DNA from: Callorhinchus milii | Lineage: Eukaryota | Assembly (NCBI RefSeq): GCF_018977255.1 | Contig: NW_024704762.1 | Coordinates: forward strand, 6,634,001 to 6,698,000 | Direction of reading: 5' to 3' | DNA: 64,000 nucleotides | Shown here: piece by piece, positions 14,401-26,454 of the stretch | How positions within the stretch are numbered: position 1 is the first letter of the stretch | How the letters are laid out: each line of letters opens with the position of its first letter | Notes under the pieces: generated by a model | What the model saw: only the letters and a program-made list of their open reading frames with translations | The model's database searches: none | Told to the model about the DNA's origin: nothing | Program-made: the position numbers and the translations under genes

Positions 14401-15455
14401 CGTGTCAGGAGCAATTTACGTCAAGAAACAAGCCACAAATTGCTGCCTTATATGGTTCGACTCACTCACCCTTTCGAATAAATGCAATACGGTCAATGGT
14501 TTGATGGTGAGTACAAGTGTAAAAAAAAATGCATCAACGGCTTGTGACAGATCGGACCGGAATGGAGGCGAAATCTAAAAGAATTGCCGCGAACCCAATT
14601 TGTGTTGGGAGTCGCGCCCGATCTTTCTATACAGAACTGAAGAAGGCTGTTTTCCAATGTAAGTTGGTAATACTGATGGGGGCAAAAAAAAAATAGAAAC
14701 GCAAACAATGAGTCAGGCAACACTGGGAGTAACGTTTAACCGTCAAAGTGCTGGTTCCCTACAATTGGCCTCATTCGATAGCTTATTGTCTGTCGCATAT
14801 ACATTTATGAAATTGCTTACGGTGCAATGGTGCTGACTTCAAATCCCTTTTAATTTGCGGTGTGTGGGGGGTTATTGATTAAAATATTTATGAAAAGGGG
14901 GATCCAACAATTCCTCGGGTCAGTGAACTTCTGCATTCGGTTTCACAGAAAGACCTGTATTGAATGTATTGGCTAAGCGTTAGTAATGATAGTATCACAC
15001 AAGGTTTACAAGAGCTACTGTCCATCCAATATTCAGATGGAACTCAGTGTGAGGGGAGCTGAATGGTAACAAGCATATTATAGATAAGTTTTTAAGTTAA
15101 AAAACAGGAGATGGGAGCGAAAGCCATCAATGGGAATTAGTGTTTAGAACGCTTAGAATTGATATTGGACATGCCCTTTGACTCATTGTATTTTTAAAGC
15201 AGTGCATCAATATGAATGCGATATATTTTAACAAGATGGCCCTTTTTTTTACATAAAAAAAATCCTCTTTGCTCAAGGAATAAACCTTTGGCGTTATCTC
15301 CCAAGGTACTCCAGTTACTGGAGGCAAATAGACCATTGAGTTGTGGAAAATGCAGGTGGTGGGAGAGTTGAAGGATGTGCTTCGGTGGATCGAAGGTCTT
15401 TTTTCAACCCTGTTCTTTTCCATATTCCAGATGTGATTCGAGATATACGCACAAG
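11451..15455 (-). CDS. Uncharacterised multi-exon protein-coding gene (core of 8 exons, ~390 codons; 5' end uncertain)
   Basis: Exons (-) 15455-15286, 14574-14470, 14063-13974, 13702-13623, 13446-13245, 12775-12709, 12140-12043, 11816-11451 have GT-AG boundaries and matching phases, giving one stop-free frame (...LRNIWDRKKYFQRTLQ...GKQLLLFQLWNGSE...HPDVGYYVSDYSFKEAYIKKVWSL*). Minus-strand AATAAA at 11422-11427 and 10617-10622. Family not recognised. Confidence 0.72.
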
Positions 15456-15484
15456 CTTCAACAAGGAGCGAATGAATGAAATAA

Positions 15485-15672
15485 GGGGTCCTGCAGAGCA
15501 GTGGTTAACACGTTTGCCTGGTAAGCGAGAGGACCCGGGTTCGATTCCCGGGTTTGGTGTGCGGTGTTTCGCCCACAAATACACAGTCGATTCACTTTAC
15601 AATATATTATATGAAGCGATTTGAGACGTCTGAGCAACGTGACAAGGCACCATATCAAATGCGAGGATTATA
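15485..15672 (+). mobile_element. tRNA-derived SINE, internally deleted (tRNA head joined directly to L2-type tail)
   Basis: A-box/B-box head (gagcagtggttaacac...gggttcgattcccgg) is followed at once by the family tail (tttcgcccacaaatacacagtc...gagacgtc...atcaaatgcgaggattat). Confidence 0.75.
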
Positions 15673-17166
15673 AACAGAAAAACATTAGAGCCAGTATAGC
15701 TGCCAAATACTGTAGCATTACTGGGGCAGCCAGTGACCTAGATAGTCCTGTTTCTAAATAGCAGAGAGAAAACCCTCCTCTGAATTTCAATACAGGAGCT
15801 TTGGGGATTGAAGACTGGAACAGATAAGAGCAGCAATTTCCTCAGAAGTTCAGCGAGTGATAGACAGACAGCAGACACGTGAGTCAATTCTTGTACGTGG
15901 CAGCCAAACGCTTTTACAACGAGAGATCTTCAAGCACGCTGTTGGGAAACCTCGACATTTTCTTTAGTCAAGGCATGATGACAATTTAATAGCCGGACAT
16001 GAAGTCATAGGCTGCAGCCAAGTAAAGCTGAGAGACTATAGTAGAAGGCACTGATGAGCCTGAAGTCCGAGCAGAAGAGAGAGAGAGAGGATTAAGAAAT
16101 GATATCTGCTTCGGCATATTTCAGTGCCTTTAGTAGGGATCAAATCATGACAATAGTGGAGCAGGTTTTTGAACATTTAGCTGAGATAATCTTTTAGTTC
16201 AGTCAGGGTTTCATGTCAGCCTTTGTCAGGCACTGACTAAGCCTCTGTGGAGAATGTTTAGGATCCCCAAAACAACTGGATTTCATTTCCACCATTGATG
16301 ATCTTGTCTTATTTCCCGTTACCCACAGCTGTTTCGCCTTTAGCGTATTTCACAATGGAAAAAGCACAGCATAGCCCGTTTCGCCCACAATATATACTGT
16401 CAATTCACTTTGCAGTACATTCTCTGCGAAGCACTTTGAGATGTCTCGAAGACGTGATAAGTCGCTATATCAAATACAAGGATTATTAGAAATAATCCTG
16501 ATACACTTACAGTGAATGCTGCAAAGTTCAGGCAGTTCCTTTGACTAAGCCGTTGTTCCATATAAATGTCTGGGCAATATTTGTGTTAAAACACCAGAGA
16601 GACTGATGTTAGACGCCCTGCAGACAGACATATTGATTGACCCTCTGAATACAGAGCCTAAATTCAACTTTGTGGAATTTATTTGATCAAACAAGTGGTC
16701 TCCAGGATCTGTTCAGACAGTGTGTGTGTAAAAAAAAAACTTTCTCGTGCTGCATTTTGGGTTTCTACTCATTTCCCCCTTACCCTACACCCCACCCCCA
16801 TCACCCCCGTGTGTTAATATTACCTGTGATGCATTTACCCGGTAACCCCAGCCTGGTTTGTTTGGGAAAAAATGAAATAAATTGCATTTTGCAGAAATCC
16901 ATTTATAATCATTTAGAATGCAGTTTGCCTACAAAATGCACTGTCACTGCACTTATTATCATTTATTATTATTATCGACAGTGAATCCCGTGAAGCTCTT
17001 TGAGAAGTCCTCTCGAAATGAAAGGGACTAATAACAGATGCAAGGATTATTATTATTATTATTATTATTCTCATACTAGAACAAGTAGAGACAGATTCAA
17101 GCGCACAAATGCTACACTGGGGAGGAGAGGGGACATTGCATCAAACATTGTAGATTGGTTGTCAAT

Positions 17167-17607
17167 GGGTTATTCAAGATCCTCATCCTCACCTACAAGG
17201 CCATTCCCGGCCTTGCTCCCTCCTACCTCTCCGACCTACTATCCCCTTACTTACCTGCCCGTACCCTCCGTTCCTCTGGCTCCGGTCTGCTCCACACCCC
17301 CCGCCCCAACCGCCCTACCATCGGTGGCTGGGCCTTCAGCCTCTCAGCCCCGAGGCTCTGGAACTCCATCCCCCAGTGCCTTCGCTGCCTCCTCCCTTTC
17401 CTCGGTCTCAAGACCTTTCTCTTTGACCGAGCCTTCACCTCCCCTCTCGACTCTCTACCCCCTCCTCGCTCCCTCCCTTCCCTCCCCCTCACCCTGACCA
17501 CTTCCCCCCCAATGCTCGGGTCCTGACCCAACTGTCCAGCGCCTTGGGATGTCCTCCCGACGTGAAAGGCGCTCTATAAATGGATTCTTGTTCTTGTTGT
17601 TGTTATT
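17167..17607 (+). mobile_element. L2-clade LINE 3' fragment (ORF2 C-terminus plus tail)
   Basis: Translates FKILILTYKAIPGLAPSYLSDLLSPYLPARTLRSS...AFSLSAPRLWNSIP...LKTFLFDRAF, typical of an L2 ORF2 end. Followed by the tail gcgccttgggatgtcctcccgacgtgaaaggcgc and (TTG)n. Confidence 0.88.
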
Positions 17608-17913
17608 AACCATTTTGCAAATGTACCAATGTCCAGTATCTGCTAAATGCGATTTCTTTTTTTGTTTTTTCCCCCCACCCACCCCCAAAAAAACCAAAGC
17701 AGGATGGCTGGGTGGGGGTGGGTGGGTTCCAGGGTGAATGCATACAGGTAGATAAACATGTGTGGAGGGGGATGAATAGTAATCCAAAATGCAGAAAGAG
17801 AAAGTTATTATTTTTACACACATACAAACGCATTGCATTAACGAAAAGCTGTCCACCCCACACTCGGCACTTTCCACCCCACACCACCCCCCCCCCCCAA
17901 AAAAAAATTCCAC

Positions 17914-18879
17914 CCATCGCTTCACTTCGTGAGCATAAGACGTGCAAAGTGATAGACGCCCATCGCCATTTCACCCATCGCAGCTCTGCGTTATCATCAT
18001 TTCTCCCTTCTTTTTGACGCTTAATCTGCAATGGATTCATTTTTTTCGTTCGCACTCCGTCACTCTCACACGATTCCCACAATGTGTGTAGAAATGACTG
18101 GTTCACACACACATACACACNNNNNNNNNNNNNNNNNNNNNNNNNNNNNNNNNNNNNNNNNNNNNNNNNNNNNNNNNNNNNNNNNNNNNNNNNNNNNNNN
18201 NNNNNNNNNNNNNNNNNNNNNNNNNNNNNNNNNNNNNNNNNNNNNNNNNNNNNNATACATACNNNNNNNNNNNNNNNNNNNNNNNNNNNNNNNNNNNNNN
18301 NNNNNNNNNNNNNNNNNNNNNNNNNNNNNNNNNNNNNNNNNNNNNNNNNNNNNNNNNNNNNNNNNNNNNNNNNNNNNNNNNNNNNNNNNNNNNNNNNNNN
18401 NNNNNNNNNNNNNNNNNNNNNNNNNNNNNNNNNNNNNNNNNNNNNNNNNNNNNNNNNNNNNNNNNNNNNNNNNNNNNNNNNNNNNNNNNNNNNNNNNNNN
18501 NNNNNNNNNNNNNNNNNNNNNNNNNNNNNNNNNNNNNNNNNNNNNNNNNNNNNNNNNNNNNNNNNNNNNNNNNNNNNNNNNNNNNNNNNNNNNNNNNNNN
18601 NNNNNNNNNNNNNNNNNNNNNNNNNNNNNNNNNNNNNNNNNNNNNNNNAGTGCACCTGCGGTACAGATGGACAATATCGTTGAGCGCATCCGCCCATTTC
18701 CAGCGGTAGTACAGGAGGAGGATGTTGGACGGGCGGCGGATCCACTGTTTGGAGGCGATGCCGATGGACCGGAGGAGGATTCCCGCGTCTCTCCGCGCGG
18801 CGTTCAGCAAAGCGTCGTGACTCCGGACCAAGTCCACCGACCACAGGGGCCGGAGAGGGCTGCGGGGGGACAGCAGCAT
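17914..18879 (-). CDS. Candidate 5' coding exons of the uncharacterised gene (18879/18859-18656 and 18025-17914)
   Basis: 18879-18656 is a GC-rich open frame (MLLSPRSPLRPLWSVDLVRSHDALLNAARRDAG...YYRWKWADALNDIVHLYR) ending at CAG|GTGCAC. 18025-17914 ends in phase 1, matching exon 15455. The two differ in phase, so a linking exon would have to lie in the N gap. Confidence 0.4.
18121..18648. other. Assembly gap (N runs flanked by CA microsatellite)
   Basis: N at 18121-18254 and 18263-18648. Confidence 0.99.
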
Positions 18880-18883
18880 CGTG

Positions 18884-19456
18884 TGGGGGGGGGGGGGGGG
18901 GGAGAGGGGAGTGGGGAGAGGGGAGTGGGGGGGAGGGGGGAGATGGGGGGGGAGTGGGGGAGAGGGGGGGAGTGGGGGTGAGGGGTGTAGAGGGGAGTGG
19001 GGGAGAGGGGGAGATGGGGGAGAGGGGGGAGTGGGGGTGAGGGGGTAGAGGGGGAGTGGGGGAGATGGGGGAGAGGGGGGAGTGGGGGTGAGGGGGTAGA
19101 GGGGGAGTGGGGGAGAGGGGGGAGTGGGGGAGGGGGGGAGAGAGGGAGGGGGGGAGATGGGGTGGGGAGTGGGGGTAGAGGGGGGAGGGGGGAGAGGGGT
19201 AGAGGGAGAGGGGGGATTGGGGGGAGAGGGGTAGAGGGGGGAGTGGGGGGGAGAGGAGTAGAGGGGGAGTGGGGGGAGAGGGGTAGAGGGGGGAGTGTGG
19301 GGGAGAGGGGTAGAGGGGGGAGTCGGGGAGAGGGGGGAGAGGGGTAGAGGGGGGAGTGGGGGGAGTGGGGGGAGAGGGGTAGAGGGGGAGTGGGGGGGGA
19401 GAGGGTAGAGGGGGGAGTGGGGGGGAGTGGGTAGAGGGGGAGAGAGGGGAGAGGGG
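18884..19456 (+). repeat. G-rich low-complexity tandem repeat (gggggagagggg[t]aga-like units)
   Basis: Continuous G-runs of 4-8 separated by A/T on the + strand. Confidence 0.9.
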
Positions 19457-19574
19457 TCAGTGGAGGAGCCGCGCAGTGCCGGTGCTGTCCATGGTACCCG
19501 AGAGCTCTATCTGTGTCTCTCCATCATCTCTGTCTCTGTGTCTCTCTCTCACCACCTCTTTGACTGAGTTTTCT

Positions 19575-21100
19575 TGACGTCATGGACTTCCCAACCAAAC
19601 AAAATGGGAGAGAAATAATGATTTGAAAGTCAGCCCTCACCCCCTCCCCCCCACAACCCCCCCATACACTCCCCCAACCCCCCCCACACACAATCCCCCC
19701 ACAACCCCCCCCCCACACACAACCCCCCCCAACCCCCCATACACCCCCCCCCCCCAACCCCCCCACCCCATACACCCCCCAACCCCCAACACCCCCAACC
19801 CCCACACCAACCCCCCCAACCCCCCACAACCCCCCCCCACACAACCCCCCAACCCCCATACACCCCCCCAACCCATACACCCCCCAACCCCCCCACACAA
19901 CCCCCCCTCCTCTAATCCCCCCAACCCCCACACACAACCCCCCCCTCCTCCAACCCCCCCAACCCCCCACACACAACCCCCTCTCCTCCAACACCCCACA
20001 CAACCCCCCCCAAACCCCCACACAACCCCCCCAACCCCCCACACAACACCCCCCAACCAACCCCCCATACACCCCCCCAACCCCCTCCTCCAACCCCCAC
20101 ACAACCCCCCCCAACCCCCCACACAACCCCACCCCAACCCCCTCCAACCCCCAAACCCACTCAACCCCCCCACTCAACCCCCCTCCTCCAACCCCCCACT
20201 CAATCCCCCACTCAACCCCCCCTCCTACCCCCAACCCCCTTCCCCCGCCAACACCCCCCTCCAACACCCCCCCAACCCAAACACCCTCCCAACCCGCAAC
20301 CCCCCCAAACCCCTCCTCCAACCCTTTCTCCAACCCCCCCTCCAACACCCCCCCAAACCCAACCCTCCAACCACCTCCCTCCAACCCTCCTCCCTGCCCC
20401 CCCACCACCACCGCCCCCCCTCCCTCCCTTCCCTCCCCTCCCACCCCCCACCCCAGAGCCAAGGTACAGATATAGACACCGTAACATAGCAACGGCAATT
20501 CGCGGCGGACGGGGAGATGGAAATGCTGTTCTTGTCACTGAGCGAGTGGTGAGCAACTCAGAGGCTGTGTTTCGCCCCCACAGGATAGACACTCAATCCA
20601 CTTTGCACACACAATAGGCAAGTTTCCTCCCTTCTCTCACCCCCCCACACCCCCCCCCACACACACACCCCCACACACACCCACACACACACCGCCACCC
20701 CAACACACGCACACACCCACTACCGAGCGGTAAATTGTTAGTCGATCGGTGGATCGCATCATCGGGGGAGGGTTGGGTGGGGGGGGGGGAATAATCCCTT
20801 CCCCAACACCAAAAATAATAATAATAATAATAACAATTCGGCGATTTCAGACTGTGAACTGGTTGGGGGTCACCCACTGCCCACAGGACGCACAAACTTT
20901 CCGATACATTCCGCGAAGCGCTCTCGAGACGTCGCGACGTCCAAACACGGACGCAGACCAGTTGGACCAAACGTCCCCGTTCCCATCCCGCGGCGTTCTA
21001 TCTAACCCTCCGCGGACCCAAACCTGCGTAAGCTTCCCCCGCGCGCGCGCGCGGCCTTTTAAGTGTGTTCCTGATCGACCGACTCGAAGCCGTTCGTCCT
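19575..21100. promoter_or_regulatory. Candidate promoter region with CRE and RFX X-box-like site
   Basis: TGACGTCA at 19575-19582; GTAACATAGCAAC (X-box-like, GTTGCTATGTTAC on -) at 20481-20493; CpG-rich stretch at ~20900-21100. Confidence 0.4.
19640..20455 (+). repeat. C-rich low-complexity tandem repeat (ccccccacacaa / ccccccaa units)
   Basis: Continuous C-runs separated by A/T on the + strand, i.e. G-rich on the - strand. Confidence 0.9.
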
Positions 21101-21375
21101 GGACTCCAGGAGCTTTGAGTTGACACCTTTGCAGATGATGACAGATGCTCGAGACGACGGGGAAACAAGTACTTCCATGAACTGGTCTACGTCAATACTC
21201 TGTCCAACACTTTGCTGAACTGCTATATATATAAAAAAAAAATTTTTAGGTGAGATTAGTCAGTGAGGATGTGTTCGAATCTGACACATTTGCAATCTTG
21301 AATTCCAATTGCCAAATGCATTTGCAGCATTTCAATATGAAATACAAAATAAAATGAAAGAGCCCACAAAACACA

Positions 21376-21645
21376 CAACAACAACAAGAACAAGAACAAG
21401 ATTCCATTTATAGAGCGTCTTTCACGTCGGGAGGACGTCCCAAAGCGCTTCGCAGAACACACTGTAAAGTGAATTGACTGTATATTTGTGGGCGAACGCG
21501 GCAGCCAATTGCACACAGCAATGTCCCACAAACAGTCGTAGATTGAAAACGACCGATTTATTATTGATTTTGGTTTTTGGAGGGTTTATTATTAGGCTCT
21601 GTGTGGAGTAAGGAAACTTGCCCAAGGTTTGGCCCGACCTGGAAT
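21376..21645 (-). mobile_element. SINE copy (young subfamily, L2-type tail with TTG repeats)
   Basis: Nearly identical to the copy at 30165-30475 over ~220 bp; its tail matches the L2 tail at 17538-17605. Confidence 0.85.
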
Positions 21646-22938
21646 TGTCACACAGTCACTCCACTTCGCAATATAATCTGTGAAGCGCTTTGAGGCACCT
21701 GAACGGCACGATAAGGCGCTGCTGTATCAAATGCAAGGATTATTATTATTATTATTATTATTTTCTCCTGATAAGCAGACACGGGACTGTTTTCAGTTGT
21801 TAACGTAATCGTTTGGAGGTCGACACTCAAGGCTTTGTCACCGCCAAATCCTATGCTTTGTGCTGTCAGGTATTGGGAGGGAAGAGAGGACGTCAGAAGG
21901 TGTCAAGAGATAGATTTCAAAGGGAAATCACCGGGAGGTGAAGGGATCGGTCAGTGTGCACGATCAAGTCATTGTTCGCACCATCGATTACGAAGGCGAT
22001 TAACGGTTATAAGACCTTTCTCTTAGACCGTGCTTATGGTCACCTACCTCTTCCTCCCCCCACCCCGCCGCCCCCCCGCCCCCGGCTCAGTATCGTGCTC
22101 TGCCACTGTCAAGCGCTCTGGGACGCTATCCTGCGTGAAAGGTGCCGTATAAATGCAAGTAGCTGTTGCCGGTAAACGGGCATTGCACTTATTCGAATGA
22201 GATTAAGGAGACGCCTTCCCCGTTGATGTCTGGAGTTTCAGAGCTGAGCGTAAGTAGGACACTCTGCCGATTAATGGCATTGCCTTCAGGATTCTATTTG
22301 CAGGTACACCAGGTATCACTACCTGAAGGAGACGTTAATATCCGAGGAGAGAGACAGAGAGAGAGAGAGACAGAGAGAGACAGAGACCTGGCGACTGTGA
22401 GGACGAAGGTGTGCGCGCGGGTAAGTGAAGTAAATGGCGGTTTCACAAAAGGATTTACTTGAAATTGCTCAATTCGCTTCGAATTTGTAAGTGGTGATTA
22501 ATTGCTTTTAGCAAATCTCCTTCCATCTCCCCTGGTGACCCTCCGAAGAGCTTACGGAGCGTATTAACCCCTTGTGTGCCGAGCAGGACCGCGCCTCGTT
22601 TCTCTCCCGCCGGACGGTCTGCGGAAAGCATCTGTGGGGTTTAAGCGCTGGAATGTTTTGCAGTATAATGAGAGAAATGGGGCCACTAAGAGAGCGTTTA
22701 TTCGAACCGTTTTCTGAACCGTGAAAGGCTTCTGTAATTTAATTGTTTTTCCTTCGCAATTGTGCTTTTCTGTCCTGAAAGGGCAGAAATTAGAGGCATC
22801 CTTGAGGCATTGCAACCAACATTTTCCAACTGCTGTTAAGCTTCCTTTGTGCAAAACCTGCGCTGTATTCTAAAGAACTGTTTTATGCATTCTTTTCAAT
22901 TTTCCTCCAAAAATAGTCTACATTTTAACGACTAATTT

Positions 22939-23194
22939 NNNNNNNNNNNNNNNNNNNNNNNNNNNNNNNNNNNNNNNNNNNNNNNNNNNNNNNNNNNNNN
23001 NNNNNNNNNNNNNNNNNNNNNNNNNNNNNNNNNNNNNNNNNNNNNNNNNNNNNNNNNNNNNNNNNNNNNNNNNNNNNNNNNNNNNNNNNNNNNNNNNNNN
23101 NNNNNNNNNNNNNNNNNNNNNNNNNNNNNNNNNNNNNNNNNNNNNNNNNNNNNNNNNNNNNNNNNNNNNNNNNNNNNNNNNNNNNNNNNNNNNN
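22939..23194. other. Assembly gap
   Basis: N run. Confidence 0.99.
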
Positions 23195-24639
23195 GAGACC
23201 AAGTTAATTTCTTTAGTCGTTCCCCAAACCTCGAAGGTCGGCCCAGATTTGAGGCAATTACTGCAAATGTAATTGAAACGAGAGAGATAATATAGAGAGA
23301 GAGAGTGAGAGATAGGGTGGAGTCGACCACACCAAAGCAGGCGCACCGCCACTAGCGGTCGTCAGTGTCGAAAGCAGGCAATGCAATGCCTTAAAACATC
23401 TCAAATGTTATAATCCTCCTGGCATTTGACACAGTCCCTTATCGCTTCAAAAAAACAACATTTCACCCACAGTTTTCTGCAAAGTATTTGCAGGTGAACT
23501 CAGCAGCCAATTTGCGTACAGCAATGTCCCGGAAGTAGCCTTGAAGTGACTGGAGTGTTGGTCAGAGAAACTCTCTTGTCTTTTCAAATAGTGCTGTGTT
23601 TCTTTTTTAAAGGTGCATCTGAACAGGCAGATTTAACATGTCAGCTGAAGGATAATAATAGTAATCCTTGCATTTGATACAGCGCCTTATCATGTCGCTG
23701 AGACGTCTCAAAGCGCTTCACAGAATATACTGTAAAGTGAATTGACTGTGTATTTTTGTGGGCGAAACGCCGCGGCCAATTGCACACAGCGGCGTCCCAC
23801 AAACAGTGGTGAATGGCACCTACAGCCCTCCCCCGGCACTGCTTGGAGTGTCAACCAAGAATATGAACTCACAAACTGGGTTTTGAACCCACAACCTTCT
23901 GACTCAGAGACGAAAGAGCTAGTAATTGAGTCAGGCTTCTATTACACGATGGGTAAAATAATCTAGGACTAAGGTTCAGTGGGATTCTTTTACTATTTAA
24001 CTTCCAGCACAATTGCCTGATGAAATATGCGGGAACTCATTTATATCCTTGAGGACGCCCCTGACCTGATAATCCATGAGCTATGCAAGTGAATTCTGGT
24101 TAGCTTCCGAGTGAAAATAAATCTCATCGGCGCTTGCTCATCACATATTCTGTGTCTACCACTCATTGGGGTTGTACATTCCCTGATGGCTCAGTTAATA
24201 AATTCACAGTTAATAAATTTCGCTCTGTGAAAGTGAAGCTCGGGAAGCCGGAAAAATCGGGTTTTTTTCTCAAAAAATGTATTCACCTTTGTCTGTGGGA
24301 CGCTGCTGTGCACAAATTGACTGCCGCATCTGCCGGCAAATACAGCGCCAAAATGGTTAATAGCAATCGCAGTAAAGTGCTTTGAGACATTTTAGCACTA
24401 TATCAAAATGCCAGGATTATTGTTGCTGTTATTTTCACTTTGGGATCAGAAATGGTGCCACCTGCTGCTTCTGAAGCGATGAGCAAACCCTTGGGCTCAG
24501 CGCAAACAACAACACCTACTTACAATTTATGGAGTGTCTTTCACTTCGAGAGGACATCTCAAATTGCTTCGCACGACTGAGTAGGAGCCCGAACTGTGGG
24601 GGTGGGTGGTGGGGGGGGGGAGAGGAAATGAGAAAGGCG

Positions 24640-24900
24640 GAGTGATGGTCTTGTTAGTGACTGGTGCGGGAAAGGACACGGGCTGCAGAGTTTTGGATGA
24701 TTTTCGGTTTGTGTAAGAAGGAGCCGGGGGGAGGGTTGGGAGTGGTATCCAGCAAGGAATTGGAATAGTCAAAAGGGCGGTGATGAAGGTGCGGGTGATG
24801 AGCGTCTTGGCAGAGCCAGCGGGTCAGGGAAGGCAGAGCAAAGTGAGTGGGAACCCGGATGTCGGGTTTGAAGGATAGTTGGGGGTCAAAACAAGACAGT
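24640..24900 (-). mobile_element. Degenerate L2 ORF2 fragment
   Basis: The minus strand gives frameshifted remnants of FDPQLSFKPxI...SAKTLI..FIT..LDYSNSLL...QNSAARVL...IT, typical of L2 ORF2. Confidence 0.6.
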
Positions 24901-26454
24901 GAAGATCCACTCTGGCACCACAGTGGGTCGGACGCTCATTTTAAACCCTGCCAATTTCTAGTCAGGGAATTTCTGGTGAGACATTAATAATCACACGCTC
25001 TCTCCTCATGTCTGAGAGCACAGCAATTGGCCCATCTCTGATTGCAGCCTCCCATGTTTGTGTGGAGAAGATGAAGACAGAGGAGGTCCTGGCTTTGTGA
25101 TTGGATCTGTAGCCTGTGACAAAACGCCAGGGGAGGGAGGGAAGGAGGGAGCGAGGAGGTTGGAACAGGTCTATAATTGTAGTCTGAAGATTTTGAAGCT
25201 CTCAGCTCATGCTGTGTGCTGCAGTGACTGTGTTCTCCCACTTCCAAAGGCCGATGGATTCCCAGTAAAGCCTTGTGAAGCTGACTTTCTGATCAGTGAG
25301 TAACTGTACTGTATACCTGAACTCTCTCCCACCCCACACACACACCTCACCCCCATTCCCCCCACTCCCCCCCGCACCCCTGACCATAGAAGACGTGAAA
25401 AGCGCTATATCAAATGCAAGGATTATTATTATTATTAAGTCGGTGCATGTACTGAACGTGTGTTAAGCCCAGTCGATGATTTCAAACCATCTGCAGTCGC
25501 TGTGTGAGTGTTGTGCAGTTAATTAATCACATCCATTCAGTCAGATCTGTGCTGCACACAAAAGCAGTGGAGGTTAGAATGAGTGTTGGCTTTGCAGGCA
25601 TCTAAGCAAAGTTACTTTGTTGGAGAGAGCTTTGACCTGTTTAGTGTGTGGTGTGGAGTTAAGGGACTGATTGCAGATCCCCCCCCCACCCCCAACTGAA
25701 TCTCAATGTAATGCGAAAAAAAACTCCCAGTGAATGAAAGACAGACACAAGTTACTTGCAGCTGTCGCTACAGTCTTCTCATATTCATTGTGGAGGGGGG
25801 AAAGGATTCGATGTTTTACAAATGATGTTGAGGTTTCCTTGCAGTTTTGTTGCTACAGTAAATATATACTGTGTGTTTATATATGTATATCTATATGCAC
25901 ACTATATATATATATACATTACAAAAAAAAACTTTCTTGCTGACTGCGTTGAACGTCCCCAGTTTCATTCAGGGCTAAGTACACCAGTTCAGATTGTTTC
26001 CGGTGCTAGTTGTTTTAACTAGTCGCTTTTTAGTTGGTTTCATTAGTTAGTTTGATCTTCCCCTGTCGGCGTTGCCTTCTTTGAATGGTAACCGGAGCAG
26101 CAGTGATCAATAGCAACGAGAGTAACTGCTCTCTCTGAAATAATTTGATCTTAATTTAATCTTATTTCTAAAAGCAAAGCCCTGAAATGAACCCAGAAAG
26201 TGGTTGCACTGTGGCAAAGTAACTGTTCTCTCTGCTGTGCTGTGTTATTCAGCAGCAGGTTTCAAGTTATTATGGTTGGAGCAGGAGTAAATTGCAAATG
26301 GTTTGCCCCACTGGAATTTATTCATGGTGTGTTTGGATCAGATTTTAGTTTTGCTGTTGACTGAATCATTGACCTTGTTCTACGGCACAAGATGAACTAG
26401 CTCACTGAACTGCTCGCAAGAAATGTATTTCTGCTCCTCAGTCGCTTTCTTTTT

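Noticed and set aside
15485-15557. Possible tRNA gene
   Set aside because: No proper acceptor stem, and it is fused directly to the SINE tail, so it is a SINE head. The same applies at 30420-30476.
15700-16617. Exon-like segments (16617-16511, ~16340-16230, ~16069-15900) for the unknown gene
   Set aside because: Could not be joined in phase without stops; left unresolved.
17606-18981. Long ORFs containing X runs
   Set aside because: They run through N gaps.
18997-20498. Gly-rich and Pro-rich ORFs
   Set aside because: Low-complexity G/C tracts.
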